Positions 20,731 to 31,887 of a stretch of 64,000 bases of DNA are shown here, piece after piece; within the stretch, counting starts at the first letter, position 1; the number at the start of each line of letters is the position of its first letter. Location: NCBI GenBank assembly GCA_020184695.1, contig JAANOX010000101.1:124001-188000 (forward strand), written 5' to 3'. The stretch comes from Histomonas meleagridis 2922-C6/04-290x. Taxonomy: Eukaryota > Protista > Parabasalia. The position numbers were made by a program, and so were the translations under genes. The notes beneath the pieces are model-generated. The model was not told where the DNA came from. It did no database searches and worked only from the letters and a program-made list of their open reading frames with translations.

Positions 20731-22959
20731 ATGGAGCTGATTTCGAAAATCTCTTCTTCAACAGATCCAATACCAATAGTTCAACAGTTTGTTCAAACAG
20801 TGAATGAACATCAGGAAAAGATTGAAGTAGTTTTGAAGAGTTTATTTTTAGCATTAAGATCGAAATCTGTTTCTCAACGAGGAAATCTTTCATTTGCCCT
20901 ATTTCAATTGGTAAAAAAGCAAAAGAATAATTTAGACCCACAATTTTTATATAATTTTTCAACAGAAATTCTTCTCAAAGATTCATCAACAACCGAAAAT
21001 CGACGTAGTACAATTGCTTTATTCTTTGTTTGGAATGCCCTTGTGAGGTCAGGTGTTTTTTCTCGTTCTCCAGAAATTATTTTAACAATCCTTAGGCAAT
21101 TATTCGGCATTTCAAATGAACGAGAATGTTATCGTACTATTGGATATCAAACAATTTGGTCAGTTATTGATGTTACCTTTAAAACCAAAGATGATTTCAT
21201 AAAAGAAATTTATCCTGAAATTGTAAATGAACTTGGTGACACAATGACTCCAGCTCATGCTGATTCTTTTTTACTTTGGATCAGAATTTGTCAAAAGTTC
21301 CCAGATCTTCCCTTAAAAAACTGGGCTAAAAATCCAACATCACATACAATATTAAACGCATTCTCATCTATACTGCAAGATTCACTATCTGTTTTGCCAA
21401 CTATACATCCAATTTGGTACGCTCTTGCCGAAATAAATTCATTTCAGCTTGTTACTCAATCGTTGGAATTATTCAAAGATGACGAAGGAAAAGCGGGAAT
21501 TTTACCACTAGCTGCAAGCGTAGCTGCCTTTGATTATCTTGAAGTACATAATTTTATTCAAATCCTTGAAAAATATTCATCTTATTATTCATCAATTACA
21601 GGAAAGTATGTTCAATTACTTCAAAATTCAATGGTCCAAACAGCTAAAAGACATATCGAATCTCATAAGCATCGTACTGTTTCCATTATTAGTGCATTAC
21701 TCCGAAGTATTCGTTCGCATTCTGCTGAAAAACTTGCTGCCCAACTTAATGACGAAGAAACTAAAGAACTTGCTTCAACTCTTGAAGATCAAGATTTTGC
21801 AACGAACATGGAGCTCCTTTGGGCGCAAGCTAAGCGTCAAAACGTTGATGACACATCAATACTCGCAAGCATATTCAAACAAACTTTGTCAAAATTAGAG
21901 AACGATAGTGATCGTCGTTCGATTATTCCATTTCTTGTACATGTTGCTGATTTAGTTCTTAGTGATGGTTCTCATTGGTTTTCTCTAATATCACCATCTA
22001 CTCCAATTCATAGTCTAATCACAAAAAATAAGGATGATATTCTTAAACATTCAAACTCAATAATCAAAGCTACTCAAGAAGTACACAAAATCGTTGGCAT
22101 GGAGGAACATGAAATAGACGAAATTACTGATTTTGATTTAATTTTTGATGATTGTTTGAAATTAATTCAATCAAACTGCGAAGTCTGCAAAGCTGTGGGA
22201 AGGTGTATTGCCCTTACCGCTCTTCCAGCAGCTCCACCAGACTCCATACAAAAATTTGATCATGATCCAATTCTGATTGTCAAATCTTTGGCGATCAAAT
22301 CCGTTTCTAAGTATGCCATTCCACTTTTCATCAAGAATCTCAAGAAACTTCCGACTACATTTGCGCAGAGACCCGAAAACATCATTTTAGAAGTTGACGA
22401 TGATGATGTTGATGAAGTTATTCAGATCTTTTTTGATTACGCCCAACAAGAAGCTGCCAAAGGACCAGTCATGTATCTTCTTAAGAAGTTGATCAACGAC
22501 CTCCCATTTGAAAAGTGCCAAGCTATCGTTCAGAAAGCCGTTAAGCTCCAATTAACGGCCAACGCCAAAACAGAATTTATACTACTTTTTTACCAACGAG
22601 ATAATGAAACAGCAAATTATATAGTTGATACTTTACTTGAATATGCTAGTACAAACAAGACGCCCAGTGTTAATCGTAAAATACGAGAATTGATTGATGG
22701 GTTATTAGCAAGATATGAATTTTCACCAGAAACAATTGGAAACATTGTAACGGTGATGACAAATGTGGAATATAGTGAAAAAATTAGTGCGAAAAAACGT
22801 GCTGAAGAAATATTTACTTGGGCTGATTATGTGCTTGCGAAGTATGGAAGTGATGAAGTGCCATTGGATAAGTTCAAAGAGAACTTAAAACAGTACACAA
22901 CATCAACTTCAAAGTTATTACGGAAGTTTGCAAAAAGATTTCTTGAAAAACATCAATAA
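20731..22959 (+). CDS. Helical-repeat protein, possibly Pol5/MYBBP1A-like nucleolar factor
   Basis: 742-aa ORF. LFLALRSKSVSQRGNLSFALFQLV resembles the N-terminal motif of the Pol5/MYBBP1A family (recalled, not searched). Confidence 0.45.
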   Translation: MELISKISSSTDPIPIVQQFVQTVNEHQEKIEVVLKSLFLALRSKSVSQRGNLSFALFQLVKKQKNNLDPQFLYNFSTEILLKDSSTTENRRSTIALFFVWNALVRSGVFSRSPEIILTILRQLFGISNERECYRTIGYQTIWSVIDVTFKTKDDFIKEIYPEIVNELGDTMTPAHADSFLLWIRICQKFPDLPLKNWAKNPTSHTILNAFSSILQDSLSVLPTIHPIWYALAEINSFQLVTQSLELFKDDEGKAGILPLAASVAAFDYLEVHNFIQILEKYSSYYSSITGKYVQLLQNSMVQTAKRHIESHKHRTVSIISALLRSIRSHSAEKLAAQLNDEETKELASTLEDQDFATNMELLWAQAKRQNVDDTSILASIFKQTLSKLENDSDRRSIIPFLVHVADLVLSDGSHWFSLISPSTPIHSLITKNKDDILKHSNSIIKATQEVHKIVGMEEHEIDEITDFDLIFDDCLKLIQSNCEVCKAVGRCIALTALPAAPPDSIQKFDHDPILIVKSLAIKSVSKYAIPLFIKNLKKLPTTFAQRPENIILEVDDDDVDEVIQIFFDYAQQEAAKGPVMYLLKKLINDLPFEKCQAIVQKAVKLQLTANAKTEFILLFYQRDNETANYIVDTLLEYASTNKTPSVNRKIRELIDGLLARYEFSPETIGNIVTVMTNVEYSEKISAKKRAEEIFTWADYVLAKYGSDEVPLDKFKENLKQYTTSTSKLLRKFAKRFLEKHQ

Positions 22960-23395
22960 ATTTTTAATAAAATAATAATTTTTTTGTTTGTTTGTTTTTG
23001 AGTTTTCATTGTTCAAATAAATTTTGTTGTGATGTTCTCATTTAAATAACTTATTAATAATCATTGAAATTGTTGTTTCAATATCCAAATCGTGTATTAC
23101 TTTTCATCAATAATTTTATGCTATGGATGGCATAAAAAAATGCCTTCGTTCTGAAATTTCGATTTTATATCATTACATCCATGATTTATTTTTATCGATA
23201 TATTTGCAAAAAATAAAAAATTTTAAATAAAATTTCGTTTACAAATTGGTTCGCCCGAAATGCCCTTGAACAGGGCTCTTTTAGACAAGCAGAATAAAAT
23301 TTGCAATTTCTATTTTGATTTTTTTAACCTTAAAAGTGATTTGTATATCCATAATTTAATAAGTATCATTTGTATTTTATTATGTTTCTTTGATT

Positions 23396-25141
23396 TCATA
23401 ACCATTGATCTGTTTCTTCGATTATATTTTTTTTGAATGTTTCATCAACTTCATTCGGATTCACTTCAGTATTTTCTTCAATTTTATTTTCGTTATTTGT
23501 TATTTTGTTTGTTTTATGCCTAAATATAAAGAGAATAATTCCAATAATAAGAAGAAAGATGAGTATGGCTGAGCATGTCACTGAAATAATAATCGTTTTG
23601 GATGTATTCCCTGAAGTTATTTCTTGTTGTGTTTCTGAATAAATCATAAAATCTGAATAATAACTGATAAATGTCAATATTTGATAAATTGTAAATATAT
23701 AACTGATAAATTTCGTTGGCGTGGAATAAATACTTGATGAGAAATATGAAATAGTAAATGTATTAATGATTGTTATATCAATAATGCTCAATGTTTGCGA
23801 AAGTGCTAATGTGAAAACTAATGATAAAGTCCAATTTGAATCAATAATCATAAATGTATTTGAAGTAGTGAATGAAATACTTTGTGAATATGTATTTAAT
23901 TTAGTGAATGTATAACTATGTGTAAATGTATTAGAATATATATTTGATTGTGAAAATGTATTTGATTGGGTGAGTGTGTTACTTTGAGTATATGTATTTG
24001 AGCCAGTAAATGAATTACTTTGTGTAAATATATTGGAATATGTATTTGATTGTGTGAATTTTAATGTCGGGAATGGGTTACACTCTTCAATTATCGTTGT
24101 GTTAACTTTAAGATCACCAAACGAATTATCACTGTATGATGATGTGACCATAACTGTATGTGCTTGAATATCATCAAATGCGTTTTCTAAAATATTTGGT
24201 GATCTTTCTCCATAATAATATATGCATGTGAGATTACTACAATTTTGAAATGCAGATTCTCCAATCGTATCTAATGTATTTCCAATATGAACTGTTTTTA
24301 AATTTCTACAACTTAGAAATGCTCTGCCCTTAATTGTTTCAATATTATCTCCAAGATTAATAGTATTTAAACTTGAACATGAATAAAATGCATATTCACC
24401 AATTGATGTAATTGCATTCGGAAGTATTATACTTTGCATTTTACTGCAACTATGAAATGTATTATCATCAATCTCTGTAATATTTCCATAAATTTCAACG
24501 ATTTCTAAATTAAGACATAATTGAAATGCAGAATTTCTAAGTGTTGTAACTGATTTTGGAATAGTGAAATTTTGTAAATTTGAGCATTGATTAAATACAA
24601 GACGGTCAATTTCTGTTAATTTATTTCCAATATGAACTGTTTTTAAATTTCTACAACTTAGAAATGCTCTGCCCTTAATTGTTTCAATATTATCTCCAAG
24701 ATTAATAGTATTTAAACTTGAACATGAAGAAAATGCATATTCACCAACTGATGTAATTGAATTCGGAAGTATTATACTTTGCATATTTTTACATTCATAA
24801 AATGTATAATCTCCAATCTCTGCAATATTTCCACAAATTTCAACAATTTCTAAATTAATACATTCGCTAAATGCTTCATTCCCAAGTGTTGTAACTGATG
24901 TTGGAATTGTGATATTTTTCAAATTTGAACAGTTACAAAATGCTTTTGCACCAATATTTTCAATTGTATTACTAAGTTCAATCGTACGAAGTGTTTCCCA
25001 TTGACTGAATCCTTCATTTGGTATTGTTGTAACTCCTTCAATAATAATAACTTTCTCAACAAAAATTTGATAGTCTTTTAAATCAGTAATATTATCTTCT
25101 TTAGTTATTGTAAGTGTTTTAATATTTTTATCATATGATTC
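23396..25141 (-). CDS. BspA-like LRR surface protein with FTQSN-type Ser/Thr repeats, TM segment and acidic tail. 5' end is damaged or uncertain.
   Basis: The frame of ORF 23396..24922 stays open upstream to 25141 (ESYDKNIKTL...FCNCSNLKNITIP) and is preceded by TGA at 25144-25142. No in-frame ATG lies before the LRRs. Confidence 0.75.
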   Translation of the reverse strand, partial: ESYDKNIKTLTITKEDNITDLKDYQIFVEKVIIIEGVTTIPNEGFSQWETLRTIELSNTIENIGAKAFCNCSNLKNITIPTSVTTLGNEAFSECINLEIVEICGNIAEIGDYTFYECKNMQSIILPNSITSVGEYAFSSCSSLNTINLGDNIETIKGRAFLSCRNLKTVHIGNKLTEIDRLVFNQCSNLQNFTIPKSVTTLRNSAFQLCLNLEIVEIYGNITEIDDNTFHSCSKMQSIILPNAITSIGEYAFYSCSSLNTINLGDNIETIKGRAFLSCRNLKTVHIGNTLDTIGESAFQNCSNLTCIYYYGERSPNILENAFDDIQAHTVMVTSSYSDNSFGDLKVNTTIIEECNPFPTLKFTQSNTYSNIFTQSNSFTGSNTYTQSNTLTQSNTFSQSNIYSNTFTHSYTFTKLNTYSQSISFTTSNTFMIIDSNWTLSLVFTLALSQTLSIIDITIINTFTISYFSSSIYSTPTKFISYIFTIYQILTFISYYSDFMIYSETQQEITSGNTSKTIIISVTCSAILIFLLIIGIILFIFRHKTNKITNNENKIEENTEVNPNEVDETFKKNIIEETDQWL

Positions 25142-26121
25142 TCAAAATATTTCCACAAAATAACAAGATATTAAAAATGGAATTACGTTTTTTGTGATGT
25201 TTGTTTGAATTTTATTTCTATTAATAAAAATTCTTACATAATGAAAAAGAGAAATAATAATCAATAAAAATATAAAATAATAACAACAAAAATATTGAAT
25301 ATTTATTTCATAACTTTTATGATGTTTTAATTCTTTTATGAAAGAAATCATAAAAAGTTTGAATTTTTTAATTCGTGAAATTATAATTTTAAAATAATCA
25401 AATAATTTTATAAATAAAGAAAAATTAGTTTGAAACAATTTATTTTTAAATAAAAGTATTTGCTTTATCAAAGAATTAATAGTAAAATACTGTATATGTT
25501 TGCTTAAAATATTAATTTTGTTATATTCTTGGGTAAAATTAAAAAATGATTTAAAAATTTGCTTTGATTTATCATTTTTATTTTGCAAAAAATACAAATC
25601 AGAAACACACCTTAGATCATTACTTGCTATTGAGAGAGTTGAGAGTGTTACTAGATATGAAATCATGAGAAAGTCAGATTTTTTAGTTGATTTTTTTTTC
25701 TCCAAATTTGGCAGTTTACTGTGATCAATTGACTTTCCAACCGAAATATATTTCACTGGGTCTGTTGCAATATTTGAAAGCTATCGTCACCAAGTTTCAG
25801 TATGAAAATGATCGGCAAATCGTCTTATTTTGGGATGGGACTGTCAACAAATTCGGGATACCATAGATGAAGCAATAAATAATCTGTCTATCATTGAGCA
25901 TCAAACAGTATTAGAAACAGATGAACTTTTGTCACCAATAAATTTTAATCTTGCACTTTCTTTTACTCACCCTCGAGAACATACTTATCTCCATTGTTAC
26001 TTTTTACCACTCAATTCAACGTCATTAATTTTATTATCAAATTCTTTTATGAAAATATTGAGAAAATATCATAAAACCTTCAAATATAATGATGTAATAT
26101 AATAATAGAAAGAATCCGTCA

Positions 26122-26192
26122 GCATCGCTGGTCTAATGGTAGAATTTCAGCTTGCCAAGCTGGGGGTCCGGGTCCGATTCCCGGGCGATGCA
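26122..26192 (+). tRNA. tRNA-Gly(GCC)
   Basis: Acceptor GCATCGC/GCGATGC, anticodon loop TTGCCAA, T-arm CCGGG-TCCGATT-CCCGG, followed by a T6 Pol III terminator. Confidence 0.9.
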
Positions 26193-27003
26193 TTTTTTGA
26201 TTTAATTTTTCCTGTGATAATGTTTTGGGTTTGGAATTTAGAGTAATTTTATAGAGTGTGAATTAATTTTTTATTATTCCTCAGTCAGTGGTGTTTTGAA
26301 TGCGAAATTTGAGAATTTAAGAATTTGAAAAATGTTTATGCATAAGTTATTCTGATTGATGAAATTCTAATTAGGTTTATATTAGAAAACTCTTAAAGTT
26401 GGTTAAGAAATAAATCACTTCTAATTAAAGATTGAATATTATTTATTAATTTTTTTATATAAAGATGTTGTTTTTAATAGCTCGTATCTTAATAATATAG
26501 AAATTACTTCATATAATTGGATAATATATTAGAATCTTATTTCGTTTGTTTCATTTGTATCAAAAAAAGTCAATCAAAGAACTGGAAATAAAACCGGAGA
26601 TAACCATATTTTATAGTGTTATATGCTTTCGTGAGGATATGGTTAGAGAAATTTTATATTTTAAGTGCTCACACAAATTGTCACACCACTTCAAATACGA
26701 TGTTAATTATTCAAGAAAATTATTTTTCACGTAGCAATTCCTTGGATGTATTTATTTGTTTTTTCTGAGATCAGACACATTTCAATTGATTTATCCTCTG
26801 TACTAAATAATAAAACAACCGAAACATATATTTCATTTAGTTTAGACAAAGCAAAACCCAAAAAACGTTCTAAAAATATAAATCAATAAGCTTTAATTCC
26901 AAAATCTTTATCAACCAACTCCTTTCACACACAGTTTATTAGTAGCACTGCTTTCAATTGAAATGTAAATCGATAATAGGTTTGAAAAGAAACCAACAGG
27001 TTT

Positions 27004-27560
27004 ATGATAACGTCTGTGTGCTTTGATAGCTGCGTGTTTAATAAATGCGTTTCAAGTGAATGTGGAGGAGCAATTAAAGCTTCTGATTCAAACATAACAA
27101 TCCATAATTGTATTTTCAAAAATTGTTCATCTCTCTACGGTGGATTTACTTATAGCAGGTTTTCATAACCTTTTTCTCTTGAGTGCTCTTCAATCACTGG
27201 GAGTTTTGCTGAAAGATTTGGTGCAATATTTTCAGGATCACTACATCATACACTTCAAGTATTTCTTATGCAAACCTACCCTATTGTGAAGCCAAAACTT
27301 ACATTGCTGGCGTATGTTCGAGCTCACAGTACCAATGATGAAATTTGTTATAATCAAAAATACTTATGCTCCTAATTTTGGTGCAGTTTGGGACTGATCT
27401 GAAAAATTTGTCTTTGTACAATATCATCACCGTCAATTTTATAATGTATTAAGTAATTACTTTCTTTCACTGGATGAGCAGACCACATGTTGGAGATTGC
27501 TTCTTTCCAGGTTCCAACGGCAAATCACCAAGTTATATCTCTGTTTATAGCTCACAATGC
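27004..27560 (+). pseudogene. Decayed Pmp-like (GGAI / FxxC repeat) surface-protein fragment
   Basis: Translates as TSVCFDSCVFNKCVSSECGGAIKASDSNITIHNCIFKNCSSLYGG, then a stop at 27166 and further broken frames (FGAIFSG). Confidence 0.45.
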
Positions 27561-27774
27561 TTCATAAAAATCCAAAATTGTGTTTTTGATAAACTTCAGA
27601 ATTAGTCCATCGGCGAACTATAAAAGGAAATACAGTTTTGCAAAAAAAAAAAAAATAACACATTTAGATAATTTTTTATCTGCATTTAATTCAAATTATG
27701 ATAGGAAAGGAATTTTTATATGTGAAAACTTTTTATAAAAGGAAATTGTGAGCAAATCATTTCTAGAATTTTTA

Positions 27775-27845
27775 GATTTGAGAATTTAATAATTCAACTA
27801 TTTCTTTATGACCATTTCGAGATGCATACATAAGTGATGTTTCAA
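27775..27845 (-). pseudogene. Solitary ankyrin half-repeat
   Basis: ETSLMYASRNGHKEIVELLNSQI* lies downstream of the chromodomain gene, with no array around it. Confidence 0.4.
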
Positions 27846-27915
27846 GTAATTTATCAGTAAATAAAAAGAAAATTATGTTAGAAAATTTAAAAATTTACAA
27901 ATAAGAATTCTTTGC

Positions 27916-28407
27916 TTAAACAACTTGATTTTGTTCTTTTCTGAGAAAATATTCAGCAACAAGTTTCGGTGAAAAAGAAAGCAGAAGTCTCGATGAACAC
28001 CAGACAGGTTCTTCTTTATCTGAAAGCAAAGTAAGAAATTTAGATTCTTCTTTGTTAAAATCAATGATTTTAATTGGTAACACGTCTGTTTTGTCTAAGT
28101 TTGCTACATTCACTGTTGAGGTATTGGGCGAATAATTGAAGAAAACATCTGTTGTTTTGAATTGTGGAAATTCTTGTGAAACCCAAATAGAATCAGGAGT
28201 CTGTGTTCCAGCCTCTCGTGTTTCTCCTGTATTATTGAGCCAAAAATTTGAAATTAAATATTCATGTCCTTCAAAAGTTGATTCAGGTTCCCATGAATAT
28301 TTTTCTGTTGGTTCTTCAGAATCCCATTTGACCAAGTAAATTTTGGTTCCATCATCATTAGTTTTCTCCATAATGATGCTTAATGCATTTTTACTTTCGA
28401 CTTCCAT
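27916..28407 (-). CDS. Chromodomain protein with a possible chromoshadow-like C-terminus (HP1-like layout)
   Basis: YLVKWDSEEPTEKYSWEPES is a chromo motif. C-terminal PIKIIDF...SPKLVAEYF. First ATG at 28407. Confidence 0.7.
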   Translation of the reverse strand: MEVESKNALSIIMEKTNDDGTKIYLVKWDSEEPTEKYSWEPESTFEGHEYLISNFWLNNTGETREAGTQTPDSIWVSQEFPQFKTTDVFFNYSPNTSTVNVANLDKTDVLPIKIIDFNKEESKFLTLLSDKEEPVWCSSRLLLSFSPKLVAEYFLRKEQNQVV

Positions 28408-29282
28408 TTTACATTTCACTAAGTTTGTTTGCTTGAAAGCACTTTTTGTGCAATCGAAACAAATTTTGAGCTGTCTGATGGTAAGCAGCAACAACAAATC
28501 GAATACTTTATGTATTATTCAATTTTTTATAAGTTCTGCCTTTGATTTGTAAATTCATTTTTTTTAAATGAACACCAGAAGTTTAAGGGTCGCGTCCGAT
28601 TATAAATGCTTAAAATTTCCTTTGAATTTAGTCACTTTCCATTTAAATTCGTGTACGATACAATACACAAACGGTCATCTAAGCAAAGACTGGATGTACC
28701 AATTAACCACATCTAAACCAGTATATACAAGTATTGTTGAAAAAATGTTTATAATATTTTTATCTTCTGTTTTAATTTTGATTCCTTGTTGTGAGTATCG
28801 CTCACTCGTGGAGGAACGAATCTTGATGGATTTATAACCGCAAAACTAATTCAAAAAGTTATTTTTTCTTCTTTGTCCAGAGCCTCCAATAATGAATAAA
28901 TTGTTTCAAGAATTATCCTATTGATAATTTATAAAAAAATTGCAAAGACATATTTATGAATTTTTGCTCTGATCTATAGATATTGAAAATCTTGTATAAC
29001 TTAAAAAAAGAATGAAAACTATAGAAAAATTATATAAATTAATATTGACTATTATTAGTTCTATATATTTATTGAATTTGAACTTCTGTATTTAATCCTA
29101 AAACCCAAAAAAGCATTTTGAAATTTTGGAGATTTCTCATAAAAAAATAAGATAATAAAATTTGGTTAAGATAATTTTAATGAATAGAATGTGTATACTT
29201 ATTTATTTTTTTTTAATTAAATTCAGTTGTAAATTAGAAAAAATTGATTTTCTGATTTGAAACGACCGTTTATTTGTTAGAA

Positions 29283-31258
29283 ATGCTCCAAAATCAAACA
29301 ACAACAACAAACCAGAAATCTCAAAACGAATGGGAAACATTTACAACTTTCGAAAACATAATCTTTGGTTTGAATAAAGATAATTTTGCTCAATCATCAA
29401 ATTTTATTATCAGCAAATTTTGTAAGGAATATCCAATATCTTATGATATCATTCTAATCCGAATGATATATACATCTCTTCTAATTGATAGTAATAATTT
29501 TGATATATATTTGAGATTATTACAAGAGATTGAGAAATATGAAGAAAATAATAAAATCGACACAAAAATATTAAATTTATTTTCTCAATTTCTACTTAAA
29601 AGAAACACACAAGAATCATTTCATTTACTTAATTACATGATTAACTATAATTTACTTGAATCAAAAATCATACAAAATATACATAAACCATTTTTTGTTC
29701 ATATTAATCAAGATAAATTAGATGAATATAAATATTTATTTGATCAAGAAAATATTGCTTATGAAGAACTTTCAAAGAATGATTTTGAACTTCATAAGAA
29801 ATATATTAAAGAAGGAAATAATCCAAATGAAATTGCTAAAATAATTCGAAATGATGAAATCGAAAAACTTCAAGAAATATCATCACAAACAAATTTTGAT
29901 TTTAATCAAACATTTGAACCATCACTTTATGAAAGATGTGATTTTGTTAATCAAGAAAATGTTACATTAATTGATTATGCAGCATTTTTTTCTGCAATAA
30001 AATGTTTTAAATATTTACTTATGAATGGTGCAAATATTAATAACTCAGGTAAATATGCAGTTGCAGGTGGAAATGAAGAAATCATTCATTTATGTGAACA
30101 AAATCATTCATCATTTGAAGGTGCATATGAAACAGCAATTATGTTTCATCAAAATAAGATCTTTAAATATTTTTATGAAAATAAAATTGAAGAGATTAAC
30201 AAATTAAAAAAATTAGGAGAAAAATGCATTTCATATTTTAATTATGAAATTTTTACATATTTAGAAAAAGAAGGAATGAAAATTAATGAAAATATCATTA
30301 AAAAAAAAAAAAAAATTGGAAATATTTTTCTTGTAAAATATTTCCTTAAAAATAATCAACTTCCAGAAAATATTTTAGTTTTTGCTTCATTTTCAGGAAA
30401 TATTGAACTTGTTACATACATTTTAAAGCAAAAAGGAATTGATATTAATGCTAAAAATATTTATTTGTTTTATTTAATATTTATTTTAATATTTTTATAT
30501 TTCAAAATAATATTTGGAAATTATTTCAAATATTTGGAACAGCACTTATATATGCATCTGATGAAGGTTATACAGAAATAGTTAAATTACTTCTTGAGAA
30601 AGAAGGAATTGATATTAATGCTAAAAATATTTATTTATTTTAATTGAAATTTATTTTAATAATTTTTTATTTCAAAATAATATTTGGAAATCATTTAAAT
30701 TATTTGATACAGCACTTATATATGCATCTGATGAAGGTTATACAGAAATAGTTAAATTACTTCTTGAACAAGAAGGAATTGATATTAATGCTAAAGATAT
30801 TTATTTGTTTTAATTGAAATTTATAATTCAAAATAATATTTGGAAATTATTTAAATTATTTAATACAGCACTTATTTGGGCATCATTAAATGGTCATACA
30901 GAAACAGTTAAATTACTTCTTGAACAAGAAGGAATTGATATTAATGCTAAAAATATTTATTTGTTTTATATAGAATTTATTTTAATAATTTTATATTTCA
31001 AAATAATATTTGGAAATTATTTCAAATATTTGGAACAGCACTTATATATGCATCTGATGAAGGTTATACAGAAATAGTTAAATTACTTCTTGAGAAAGAA
31101 GGAATTGATATTAATGCTAAAGATATTTATTTATTTTAATTGAAATTTATTTTAATAATTTTTTATTTCAAAATAATATTTGGAAATTCTTTAAATTACT
31201 TGAAACGGCACTTATATATGCATCTTATGATGGTTATACAGAAATATTAATTACTTAA
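29283..31258 (+). CDS. DUF3447-type/ankyrin gene (array G) with 5 inserts
   Basis: ORF from ATG 29283, then repeats at 30539, 30709, 30865, 31035 and 31205. Ends YTEILIT*. Confidence 0.8.
30462..30529 (+). other. Representative 68-nt ankyrin-loop insert (boundaries uncertain by a few nt)
   Basis: Lies between AAT ATT (30456-30461) and ATA TTT GGA ACA (30530-30541). Contains TTTCAAAATAATATTTGGAAA (30500-30520). Its removal gives KN-IIFG-TAL in frame. Confidence 0.6.
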
Positions 31259-31887
31259 ATTAATTTGTAATGCATTACAAATGTATTTACTTTTACTAAT
31301 TACTTTTAGAATCGGAGAAATTTACTAATCTTTTATAAGGACTGTCTTTAATAAATTTTTTTCTCAAAAGTGTTTCAATTAAAGTCAGCCAATTTCGCTA
31401 TTCGAACAACAGACTGTAACTTACATCAAAATCAGATAAATTTTCTGAATATTATAATTAAAGTGAGTTAAAATTAAAAAAAAAATATTTAACTTTGAAA
31501 AGTATTCGGACAATATACAGGACATTTTTGCTGTTAAGCAAAACATTTTTTTCATATTGTTTTTTAAAAGAGTTTATTTATGCACATGTAACAAATCCAA
31601 TTTTTTTTTTGTATAATTCATTTTTTTATTAGTTCTACTTTTGATTTGCATAATTTTAACAACAAACATTTCTTTCCAAATTGTTTTAAAAATAATTTGC
31701 CTATTCATATGCACACTAATCAAATCCGATATTTTATAAGTTCTGCATTTGATTTGCACATTAAACAGCGAAACATTTTCACATTATTTTGTATTTAATT
31801 TGCACATGCGACAGTTCCAATGTTTTGCAATTTCTTCCTTTGTTCGAAAACGACATTTTCACGTTACATTATGAATTATTTCTTTAT

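Noticed and set aside
23262-23276. Small hairpin GCCCT-TGAAC-AGGGC between convergent genes
   Set aside because: The stem is only 5 bp, with no CTRR Helitron terminus and no repeat evidence.
28568-28837. 89-aa ORF in a slightly GC-richer intergenic patch
   Set aside because: No recognisable motif or initiator. It could be a decayed gene, but cannot be supported.
30513-30538. 20-nt ribosomal hop between the matched TTT of TTT GGA and the TTT before the Thr codon
   Set aside because: It restores the frame only in 170-nt copies with an open upstream frame. It fails in copies with early stops and in 153/156-nt copies. Kept only as a minor alternative.
30456-30545. Reading the inserts as GT-AG introns (ttGTttt ... 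acAG)
   Set aside because: The join is out of frame and deletes the conserved Thr. Many copies lack the GT, TPL-type copies lack the AG, and there is no ACTAAC branch motif.
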